Assembly (NCBI GenBank): GCA_045837725.1
Contig: JBEWZL010000163.1
Span: 496,001 to 560,000 of the forward strand
Direction: 5' to 3'
Length of the DNA: 64,000 nucleotides
Origin: Vermamoeba vermiformis
Lineage: Eukaryota
The notes under the pieces are model-generated. The model worked only from the letters and a program-made list of their open reading frames with translations. It was not told where the DNA came from and did not search any database. How positions within the stretch are numbered: position 1 is the first letter of the stretch; each line of letters opens with the position of its first letter. Below, piece by piece: positions 25,472 through 36,318 of this stretch. Made by a program: the position numbers and the translations under genes.

Positions 25472-26383
25472 ATTTGTGGTGCTTATTCAATTCTATCCCT
25501 AAAATGATCCGAGCCAGGCACGAAAGATTTTTCGTTTGTCGTGACTTTCAATTTCAAATAATTTCGTTGTAATACGAGAGCAAAGAAATCGTGTAATTTA
25601 TAAACACTAGTGTGATTTCTTTACTTTAAAACGTAATAATGGACCGCTCTTAAAGCTTGATTGCAATTAGAGCCAAAAATTACTAGTTCTAAGCCAGATT
25701 TGGCGTAGTATCGAGAGACTTGTCCCTAATTTTATCACAGACTAAAAAAGTGATTATTGCACCACACATTGTAGAAATGAGTGTACAGTACTGTAGCGCA
25801 GGTAGGTAAAAAATTAAATTAAATTAAATCCGAAATACTTTTTAATTAATACGCGCTGCAATAATAAATAAATAATAAACGTGTGCCACATGTTTTAATT
25901 AATTTAACTAGGACTAAATGAATTAATTTGTGCAGGATTTTAACCCGCGTTATTGAAGATTGCGGCTCCAAATTACCTGTTCAGGTATGCTCATAAAAAT
26001 ACGTGCATATACATATACATCATACCACGTTGCAGTGTTAGCACATTCAAACGCTTTAATGTTTGTGTTGGCTTCACAAAAATAATTTTTGTAACCGTCA
26101 AATTTAATCAATTATTTTTCGTGTTGCGGTGCGAGGTTCGATCATATGTGTTCATTCAATCGAAAAGTCGCTCTTATTATTTTATGCTCGCTCAGTCAGA
26201 AGTTTGCAAGTCTACGTGCACACCAGATCTATGTGACAGCTGTCAAAGTTGTACAGTAATTTGCTTGCGCGCGATTTCTTCGCAAAATGTTTGTGACATG
26301 AATAATCTGCGTGATTGGAGATAGTACCTGCACGACAATATTTTATTCCTCTCTCAATCGACAACACCACATCCGGATCGAAA

Positions 26384-27312
26384 ATGAATTATAAGATCTT
26401 CGTTCTATTATTCGCTTTCATCGCTGCTTCGCAAGCATTTATCGTCATAAACACCTATTCAGGTACTTCGTGTAACGAGACTGAGATAGTAGCTCGACTT
26501 ATTGTAAGTAAACGTACATCCACATCCGTTACAAATAATTTTTATTGTGAACTCTGAATTAATTAATATATTGATTTCGTAACAGAGTACTACTTCGTGC
26601 CCGCAAGCAAGATCTGCAATGCAGTTGCCTCCATGCGGCAGTTTCAACGATGTCGTGTTTGGCGCGGATTACAGTTACTGCAGTGCCGCGGAGGCCCCGA
26701 TTCCTGAAGGCTGGCAATTCATTAAATACGGCACAGAGAAGACCTGCAATTTTACTTCGGAGTTCTCGGTCATCGCTGGTAATTACTTTTTATTCGTTTT
26801 CGATCCGCATCTGAATCTAATTTTCGAAACTTGCCTAGCTCCTCAACCCTTGAACAACGCTGTTGTTATTGTATATAATGATGCATCCGGTAATACCAAC
26901 GATGCTAATGTCACGTTGTCCTGCAACAATTCTTCTGGCGTTTTGACAGCCGAGAGCTGCGTACTGGTGGAGGGCCCATCGACCTACTTCTGCTTTAAAT
27001 TCAGCCTCGAGAACAGCGTCTGTGCTAGTGATAACAATAGTACTACCTTCGCATATTCAAGCTCTTGCGTTCTGCCGCCAGGTAAAGTTTTAGAATTTAT
27101 ATTTAATTTTTTGAGCGAATCCGCACTCGTCAAGACCGAACTAACTCCTATTATATCATATAGTTGCCCAACCAATTGATGAGCCTGTTGCTATTCCCGT
27201 TGGTGCGCCAATCAAAGCACCACTCAGGACTCCCAAACCTACCAGCGAAGCAACTTCGCAGAAATTAATTGGATCTGCCGCTGCATTCTTGTCTTTGGTA
27301 ATTTTAATATAA
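26384..27312 (+). CDS. Secreted Cys-rich surface protein with probable GPI signal (multi-exon)
   Basis: Signal peptide MNYKIFVLLFAFIAASQA, Cys-spaced domain with N-glycosylation sequons, Pro-rich linker and tail SEATSQKLIGSAAAFLSLVILI-stop. Confidence 0.8.
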
Positions 27313-27426
27313 ATATAATGCATTCTTAAAGGAAAATATGGTCCAGTACAATTTTACAAAAATAGCCATTTGTTTGCAGGATCTCGATACTTTATGAAAT
27401 TGCGAATGTTTTAATTGTATATTGAA

Positions 27427-27792
27427 TTACATTACGTGCATCAAAATGATCAAAATTGATGCGCCAATGCTGAGACTGCTGGCCAATGACGCTTTAAATG
27501 GTGTAGCAACCGGACCAGTTGATCCTGGAGTGGTTGTGCTCGAAGGGCTTGAGCTCGGTGAAGAACCGATTGATGGAGTTTGAACATCGGGGGAATCGAA
27601 TTCGTAAGGGCCTAAATCAGGGGAGCTACCCTTATAAGGCAACGAGACGGGATCTCCTTCGCTGTACGTAACGGATGTGGCCAGAACACCAGTATCGTAA
27701 TCGACGTCAGTAACCATTACTGGTGGGTTGGAACCGATGACGATAATATCACCGTCCACCATGTCCCATCTGTTAAAGAAGAAGTGCGGATC
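27427..27792 (-). pseudogene. 3' fragment of a GPI-type surface protein with bacterial-like PDLGPYEF end motif; 5' part absent
   Basis: DPHFFFNRWDMVDGDIIVIG...VTDVDYDTG...VSLPYKGSSPDLGPYEF + S/T/P linker + hydrophobic tail. No signal peptide or upstream exon; the upstream sequence is coding on the other strand. Confidence 0.6.
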
Positions 27793-28451
27793 TTCAGGCC
27801 CAATCTCATTGATTGACAAAGACATTGTCATTGGTGGCGGCAACTTGCCGGGCCTCAAACCCAACGACACGCTGCTGTTGCCCTACGCCATTGACACCAG
27901 CTGCACCTACTCAACCAGCACTGTGTTACAAGCCAAGTACGCCAACACTATCGAATTGCGTGATGGCTATTTCGTTGTTACGAGACAACAGACTCGCGAC
28001 ACTACGTACACCATTCAAAACAACGCTTTGGAGGGCGAAGTCGAAGTCATTATCGAGCACACCAAGTACGCCACGCTGTTGGGCCCGAATCCTTTCGAAG
28101 ACGTCAATGGCGTTTGCAGATACTCCGTTAAAGTTGGTGCTGGCAGGAAAGAGTAAGTCAGATCCAGCTCGAGATTCTAGTCAACTTACAGAGCTGTAAC
28201 TAATAACTTTAAATAGATCACTTGTCGTTAAAGAACAAGGTGTTATCACCGGCCGAGAAGTCATCGACTTGACTACTAAGCGCAAGACTATCAACAAATG
28301 GCCAACTTCATTCTCATTTGGCGGTACAACCCCTGCTCCTGCACCCACTCCTGGCTTCGGTACTGCAACCACTACTACTAACAGTAGCTCTTCTGGTGGC
28401 TTTGGATTTGGCACTTCACCGTCACCTCCACAACCGGCTGCAAAGAAATAA
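27789..28451 (+). pseudogene. 3' fragment of a DUF4139-like protein with FG-rich tail; 5' part absent
   Basis: GPISLIDKDIVIGGGNLPGLKPNDTLLLPYAID...TTYTIQN...VIIEH...RYSVKVGAGRKE, intron ~28153-28217, SLVVKEQ...FSFGG...GFG...GFGFG-stop 28451. Family call is from recall. Confidence 0.55.
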
Positions 28452-28570
28452 TCGTGTTACATTAGCTCGTGTTTCGTGATCAAGTAGTAGATCTCGAAAA
28501 ATAAACGGTGAAGCAAATTTCACTCAAAACAAACATGTATTTTCATACTTTATTTGCTAACAATTCTCTC

Positions 28571-30351
28571 TTACAATGTAGTTGTAATAAGAGCAGTAAT
28601 GACAGCTGTCAAAGAAAGGATTGTGCGTGACGATCCCGAGACGTTGTTGCCGGTCTTCGCGACGGGCACAGCAACTGATTTTGGAACGCTGGTTGGTTCT
28701 GTGATTGGTGCATCAGGTGCATTCAATAATGGACAAGTGACAGTGGCATTGCAAGAGGCCATCTTTACGCCAAATCTGGAAAAGTCGAGTGAAATCTCCA
28801 AGCCTTGTCCGCTGAATGAGGTTTGAGAAACCACCGGTTGAATTCCACATCCAGGGTTGTTGATCGTGTACAGATCTTCCGTTACAAAACTTTGCAAGTC
28901 AGAGCACGATGTTAGTTGTTGATTGATGCATGTCACGCCAATCGGATCGCTGTAGCAGAAGGGCACTGGGGTAAAGCCGCACATGGTTTCGGGTGTGCTA
29001 GGACCCGATAATGGAACGGGAATGCAATTCCAAACGAGAATCTCTTGATCGGTTTTGACCAAGTCAGCGCCCCAAATTCGGTCTTTGACTTCTTGTTGAA
29101 TTAGCGCTGTAATGCTCCACTGCATATCTGCACCTCGTTCAAGCGAGACAACGCTACCAACTCCATACAAGCCAGGGACATTAGCGGCGTTATCGAAGGC
29201 AGCGGCCAGTAACACTTTCGTACTGGAGACCATCAACATGTTTATGCCAAGGGCTCCACTAGGTTGGAGAAAACCTTTGCCATAAGTCTCCAGTGTAACG
29301 TTCCAAGTGTTCTCATTCTTGACGTAAACTCTTATCATGGTGAAATAACCTTCAACTGACGGGTGAAAATTATAGCCCATAATAATTGAATCGTTCATCC
29401 AAATAAGTCTGATTGGTATTGCCGTATCACCGTCTTGCACTATTTGAATTCTATCGAGCTCCGTCCAAGAGTAGTTATCGTTGCGTTGCATCAATACGGT
29501 GAAGTTGCCGCTGAGATAAGCCAAATGAGGGCCATTTAAGTGCATTGGAACGCCAACGGGACTGACACTTGTAGCGCTAATCGTTGTCTCGTCAACAATG
29601 TCCCAAGTGTCACCATTGTTGACACGTGTCACAAGGGAAGTGGTATTTATGGCAACAAAAGTGTTGTCGGGTAAAAATTGAATGCTGTTGTAGACTTCAG
29701 GATATGTTATCATCGTTCCAATGCTGGACGTAGTCTCGTTGAACGTGAAGAGTTGAAGTTCTGAACTTGCTGCGCAGGCAAACCAAACACCGTTAGTAGC
29801 TACTGTTTTACAGTATTGTGAAGTGAGCCAACGAGCGTAGAACAGTCCAGATGATTCGCTTCGTTTCAAGATCCGGATTTGAAGTCCATTCGACAAGATC
29901 GTGTAATTGCCAGCCGAGGACGCAGGAAGGTAAATCGCTTGGGGAAAATTTATGGCTTGAGTTGGAGCTCCAGGAATTTTGAATATCTAAATAAAATATT
30001 ACTATTTTGATGCCGGAAGCGAATTGCAATTTTCCATGGAGATCTCACGTTAAAGTAACGTTCAAAAAAAATTGTTTAAACGCCACGCGTGACTTGATTA
30101 AACTGCAGGCCGTTATCAAGTATGTTAAATGTTCGAACAATTTACGAATGATAAAAAAGGCCTGAAAGCGCCCTCACATTACTTTTAAAAATGGTACTTT
30201 TTTAGTGCCAATAGTATTGCAAGTTTAAAAATTATAGATAGTCAATCTTATCGCTTTCACGTGAAAAACTTACAGGCAGATCCGCTGCATATGCAGAAAC
30301 GAGGCAAACCAATAACCCGAAAAGAGCAGACTTCGTAATAACGCCATTCAT
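28571..30351 (-). CDS. Secreted beta-rich (propeller-like) surface protein with probable GPI signal (2 exons)
   Basis: Exon 1 MNGVITKSALFGLLVCLVSAYAADLP + GTAAGT. Exon 2 is in frame with the 441-aa ORF: repeated W-containing beta strands, Cys-rich stalk, PVAKT linker and hydrophobic tail. Confidence 0.8.
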
Positions 30352-31036
30352 CTCTGCTGTTGTGTTCGCGTTACTTCAGATTAGACTAGAAACCATTAAA
30401 GTTGTAAAGGTGATTCGCATCATACAAAGATCGGATATTTATGTATAGGTTTTGCAGGTCAAATTCTCGCTTACACTATTCTTTTAGATGGCCTCGGCAT
30501 CGTGACTGATCTATACTGTCTGTCGGATTGCAGATCCGCCCTTGATAAGTATTCCAAACATCAAAGGCGTCGACTTTGAATGTCCCTTGTCTGCGGTCTC
30601 ACATAGTACATATGCTAATCAGTAGTATATGCTCGAGAGTCAATCCGAACGTCTTTAAGTCGGTCGTCTTGTTATGCAAGTCGCGTTTTCAAGCGGAGAT
30701 CTTCTCCGCCGGTTGCCGAACATAGAGGCGAATCACATGTCACGCGATCGTAATTATATGTTATTACGAATGCGTAAATATTATTAGATCAGATAAACAA
30801 TACCCGTTCGAACGTACCTGAAAGGAGTGCACCTCGCTTTCTTTGCAGCACAATAGAGGAGCTCAGAATTCCGAACCAAAGATATCGTGCCCTATCTATA
30901 TTTGCTTCTTCAATATTTACTTGTGTTAATTGGTACAAGTCAACGTCGCAGTACACGCGGCTAACTGCACGCCAAATCTGCTGAATTCTAACGTTGACGG
31001 TACCTCGTCTTTGTGTATCCGATCAAACTCTATTGT

Positions 31037-33253
31037 TTATTTCATCTGCTTTAAGAAATGCTCGGCGACAAATCTACGTTGAATTTTACCGGTGGCAGTA
31101 CGCGGGAAGCTGTCAGTGATGAACACTTTCTTGGGCACCTTGAACTCGGCCAACTTAGTGCGACAAAAGGCCTTGACATCCTCTTCGCTCGTGTTCAATG
31201 AGGCGTCTTTCAGGACCACTGCGCAGAATACCTCTTCGCCGTACTTGGTGTCAGGAACTGCGAAGCAGATCGCATCCGAAACATTAGGGCATTCCTATTA
31301 ACAATGATCTATTAGCTGGTTGCCGCAAGAAAAGTCTCTTGAATAGTTTGTATTAACAAAACGAACCGGAAACGTTTTGGAATAAAATAGGATCCGCAGA
31401 CATCCAACCAAAAAAGGGAATGGATAACTAATCCATGAAACGTACGAATAATACGCCATCAATCTCAAGAGGAGATATCTTCTCGCCGCCTCTGTTGATG
31501 AGTTCTTTAATGCGACCAGTCAAGAACAAATAGCCATCCTCGTCCAAGTATCCTTGATCTCCGGTGCAGAACCATCCGTTGCTCGTCCAGTTGGCTTTGT
31601 TGGCTTCAGGATTGTTGTGGTAGCCTAGCGTGACGTTCTTGCCTTTAATGCACACTTGGCCCTTGTCGCCTCTTGGTACCTCATTGCCTAAAAGTCACGA
31701 TGAGCCACATATCTGAAACTATTACGCTCTCATAGCACTTACCGGCGTCGTCTAAGATCGCAATTTGGACATTGGTGCCAACACCGACTGACTTGACCTT
31801 TCGTTTGCCATCGACGGGGTTTGAAGCCATTTGATGTGATGCCTCTAGAAGTGCGGTACATAAGCTTAGATTTCCTAACGTGCTATTAAACTAGTTTAAC
31901 TTACCAGTCATGCCGTATGCCTCTAATACAGGTGCTTTGAATCTATGACGAGGTTTAGATGAAATTTCTTATTGCGACATTAATAACACTTACGTGCTCT
32001 CGAGTTGTTCAAACACTGCAGGGGCCAAAGCACTGCTGCACGAGCGAATGAAGCGGAACTTGACGCTCTCGAACTCAGTGGGGTTCGTTGATGCGCGTGA
32101 CAACAGGATCTGATGAATTGTTGGGACTGCGGTAAATGTTAGTTGGGGCCTTTAAGTTCAATCAATATAGCGTACCAGCAGTGTACCAAGTAACTTTATG
32201 CTTGATGACTTGAGGCCAGAAAGTTGAAGCTGAGAAACGAGGAGGAATGACGGCGGTACCACTGCATATTGTCATTAATACTGTTACGATAGACAGCTTA
32301 TAATACTTACCCTGACTTCAATGTTGATAAGAGACCGCCTAATAGACCGTGTACGTGGAACAGAGGCATGACGATCATACTGCTATCGTCCTATTATGAG
32401 CGGTCAATATGATGGTACGCGTGACACAAAATTTTTGGCGCGGACCTTTGTGAGCTTGTAGCTATCAGCGATATTTCCAATTGACGTGCACAAGTTCAGA
32501 TGAGTCAAGGGCACTAACTTTGGTCTGCTAGTAGTACCACTAGTGTGCAAATAAAGAGCGACATCGCTTTCAACCGGATCCTCCTAACATTTTATCGAAA
32601 TAAGAATACCGATATTGTCGGGTATAAAACTTACCGCTTTAGCATCGGCATGAGTGGCGATATTATCAAGAGGATGAAGATTGACGTGCACTTCGCTGCC
32701 TGAATGAGTAAAGCTGATCTCCCAAATAGGAATATTGAGTTCTTTTGCGGCTTCGCGAGCGGGCTGTGCTTCGTTATTAGAGGGTACTAATACTACTTTA
32801 GCCTTAATGTCCTCGAGATAGAATTTGAATTCGTCCTTTTTGTAAGCCGGATTCAGCGGAGCTGCGATTGCTGCACAAAAAATTTGTGAGTCATTCTTTG
32901 AAAAACATATACGCATTAATAAATTGCCGATGATTACAGCTTGGTACAATTTTGTGATAAATTTATTCAATTTTTTGACTATTTTGGTGGATTGACATAC
33001 CTTTTACGTTTGTGGTCGCCAAGAATGACACGACAAATTCTAAATTATTAACCAATACCGAAGAAATTACGTCGTGTGGCTTGATTCCATATTGCACGAA
33101 TTTTTGTCGGCATTCTTCGATTTTGCTTTGAAGAGATCTGAAAGAAACGACTACATCCGCATGGTCCGCCTCAGCCGCTGGGATAATAACAGCAGGCTTG
33201 TCGCCGAAGTTATTGGCAGAGTTATTAATAAGTTGGTGAAGTGTTGTAGCCAT
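31037..33253 (-). CDS. Oxalate--CoA ligase-like acyl-activating enzyme (AAE3/Pcs60 family), multi-exon
   Basis: [121 protein letters not shown] and [14 protein letters not shown] are characteristic of plant AAE3 and yeast Pcs60. Confidence 0.9.
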
Positions 33254-33481
33254 TTTGGTGGGTTTGAAAATATCTTGAAAACTTCTGGTTATTAAAGAAG
33301 GCGAGGCGGGACCGAAAATTCCTTGGATAATTTGTCTTTCGTTCTTTGCAAGCGGATATTCAATCCGTTTTTGTAAGCTCCGCACCAGGCTTTCTCGCAC
33401 AAGGTGTAAAAGTTTTGGCTTTATTAATCATTCAGATCTCGTAAATAGCAACACAAAACCTTGATTTAATATTGCATCATT

Positions 33482-35869
33482 ATGGACGGACCATCTTTTA
33501 TCGCAAAATGCTTTAAGAGCTTTGGAATCGAAGTTATCTTCGGCATTGTAGGGATCCCGATTACAAACACGGTCGCTGCAGCGCAAAAAGAGAAAATTAA
33601 ATTTATTGGTATGCGCAATGAACAGGTACGTACTTTTTTATTGTTAAACTCACCATGCATAAATTTCAGACGAGAAATATTTTTGATTTTCGAAAAATCA
33701 GATCTAATTGACATTAAATTAAATATATCGTACAATAGGATCGAATTAGCTTATTGCTTTCATTTAGGCGGCAGGATATGCGGCAGGCGCGTACGGATAC
33801 ATGACACAAAAGCCTGGAATTTGCATGACCGTTGCGGGACCAGGTATGTCACTCTATAGTATACTAATATGTTATAAATACTAATGCTATTAATATAGGC
33901 ATGTTGAACGTCATTTCAGGCATGTTTGGTGCGCAATCGAATTGTTGGCCTTTGATTGTCATCTCTGCTGGCAGTGAAGGGTACGTCTAATACGTCCATA
34001 ATAATTTAAATGCCTCATTATATCTACAATATCAATATTAACCAATTCAAAGAGCTAGTACTAATTTTCGTTTTCGATCGCAGATCTGAAGGTACTGTAC
34101 GTGGCTCAGAAGAGATGGGTGAAGGTGTTGGAACGTTCCAACAAGCACCACAAATGCCCGTAGCAGCGCCAGTCACGAAGTGGTCCGCTAGAATTCCTTC
34201 TTTGACTGAATTGCCTCGTGCTCTTTCTTTAGCCTTTCGTCATGCTACTTATGGTCGTCCTGGACCAGTCTATCTCGAAATTCCGGTAAGACAGACCCTC
34301 TATCATACGTTATTGTTTTCTATTCGAACTTTTATGCGATTGTTGTACCGTTCGTAAAACCATGGATCAGATCTTGACCTTTTATCTTAGTCACATTTGT
34401 TTGGAGAAAAAGTGCCAGAAAATGTTCATATCCCTCAAGGAGTACCTAAACCACCAATGACTGAAGCTTACTCTGAAGATCTGAACCAAGCCATTAAACT
34501 CCTGTCTGGAGCAGTACGTAGCACAAAAAATAATCCAAATGAACTTACGATACTAACCTTATACATATAGACTAAACCCTTAGTTATTTTTGGCAAAGGC
34601 GCCGCTTATTCACAAGCTGAAAAAGAAGCCAACGAATTGATTGAATTGACCAACTTCCCCGTGCTTACCTCGCCTATGGGCAAGGGTGTTATAGCCGACG
34701 ATCATAAATATGCAGGTAAGCCGATACCTTCTATATAGATACAAATTATCAATAGTATTCTAACATTACGTACCTAGTTAATGCCGCCAGATCTCTCGCG
34801 TTAAAGAGCGCCGACGTTATTCTCCTCGTAGGAGCGAGATTGAATTGGATGTTCCACTTCGGCCAAGGTCCTCGTATGAATCCCGATGCTAAGATTATTC
34901 AAGTTGAAATATTGCCCGAACAATGCCACATTAATAGAAATGCGGATGTGACCCTCGTCGGCGATTGCAAGATCGTCTTACGCCAGCTTATCTCGGCTTG
35001 GAAACCTAGCTCATTTACAACTGATAGTGACTGGTGGAAGAGTTTGAGACAGAACGTCGAGACTAACCAAGCGAATCTAGAAAAGAAATGTAAAGAAGAA
35101 ACAGTTCCCCTTGGCTACCACTTCACTTTGAAACAGATTGCCGATGCCATTCCTAAAGACGCTATTTTGGTCAGCGAAGGTGCTAATACACTTGATATGT
35201 ACGTACCTCTTCAATTTTTCTTTGCGAGTTGAGTGCTCTAACCGGATTTCAGTGGCCGAGTCATTATTAAGAGCTACGAGCCGCGCAGTCGATTAGATAG
35301 TAGCACTACAGCTGCCATGGGCATGGCGTTAGGCTTTACGATCGCTGCATCCGCTGTTTCTCCTGGTCGGAAAGTCGTAGCGGTCGTTGGCGACTCTGCT
35401 TTTGGCTTTAGCGGCATGGAAGTTGAAGTCCTATGCAGGTACGGCATATTTATATCCATTATAATACCATTACTAACCTCCCTATTAGATACAATATGCC
35501 CGTAACTATATTTTTGCTGAACAATAATGGAATTTACAGCGGAATTGAGGAAATTGAAGATGTGAACAATATCCCCGCGACAGGATTTGTGCCCAAAGCT
35601 CATTATGAGAAGGTAAGCGATATTTATAATTTGCTAAAATTAAATCATGAACGGGAGCTCAATTCAAGATTGGATGTGGTCTGATTTTCGAATATTAGGT
35701 GATTGAGGCATTCGGAGGAAAGGGATATTGCGTTGAAACGCCCGATGAGCTTAGGAAAGTGGTTCCCGAAGCAATTAATAGCAAAGTGCCGACGCTGGTA
35801 AACATTTTCATCAATCCGAAAGGCCCGATCCCTCAAAACGTACAGCAAAATAATCAAAACCAGAAATAA
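33482..35869 (+). CDS. TPP-dependent 2-hydroxyacyl-CoA lyase / oxalyl-CoA decarboxylase family enzyme, multi-exon
   Basis: IFGIVGIPI, GMRNEQAAGYAAGAYGY, TVAGPG, GRPGPVYLEIP, FGKGAAYSQAE, SPMGKGV, GARLNWMFHFG, VSEGANTLD and TPP motif GDSAFGFSGMEVE...NNNGIY. Stop 35867-35869. Confidence 0.93.
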
Positions 35870-36318
35870 AATATTAATATTTAACGATCGTCACTAAATT
35901 CGTATTATGGCGCTTATAATTTGAATGTAACCGAAGCGTAACAATTTTTGTGATACGATCTCGTTAATCGCCCAATTGTTACGATGAACTTGATTTAGTA
36001 TGTTGATTATATTGACGATAAAATGCTATTATTCGAATAATATTACCTGCAACATTTAATTTGAAGCGTAGCGGCGATTCTTCTTTTTTTTCGTGTTTGT
36101 GATCTTTGAGTCCTTTGCTGAACTAACGAATTGCCCTTAAGCGCCGCTCATGATTTGATCGGGTTGTGAAAATAAGAAAATAACGAAACTGCCCGAAAAT
36201 GCCCGAGTTTTGTTTTATGAACCGCGTGACATTTTCGTTGGGCCTTTTATGTTTGTCTTTTTTGAAATTACTGTTTTTTCTGAAACACTGAACAATAGCA
36301 CATCATCGGTCCTATACA

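Noticed and set aside
25953-26324. 123-aa ORF upstream of the surface protein
   Set aside because: TTG start, AT-rich intergenic composition, no motif.
30790-30830. ATACCCG...ACCTGA resembling part of a TPP riboswitch near a TPP-enzyme locus
   Set aside because: Lacks the CUGAGA and GAUAAUGCC..GCG.AGGGA elements and is not in the lyase transcript.
32963-33400. ORF-track N-terminal extension of the CoA ligase from a GTG at 33400
   Set aside because: Eukaryotic gene; the first in-frame ATG in good context is 33253. The extension is most likely promoter/UTR of the divergent pair.
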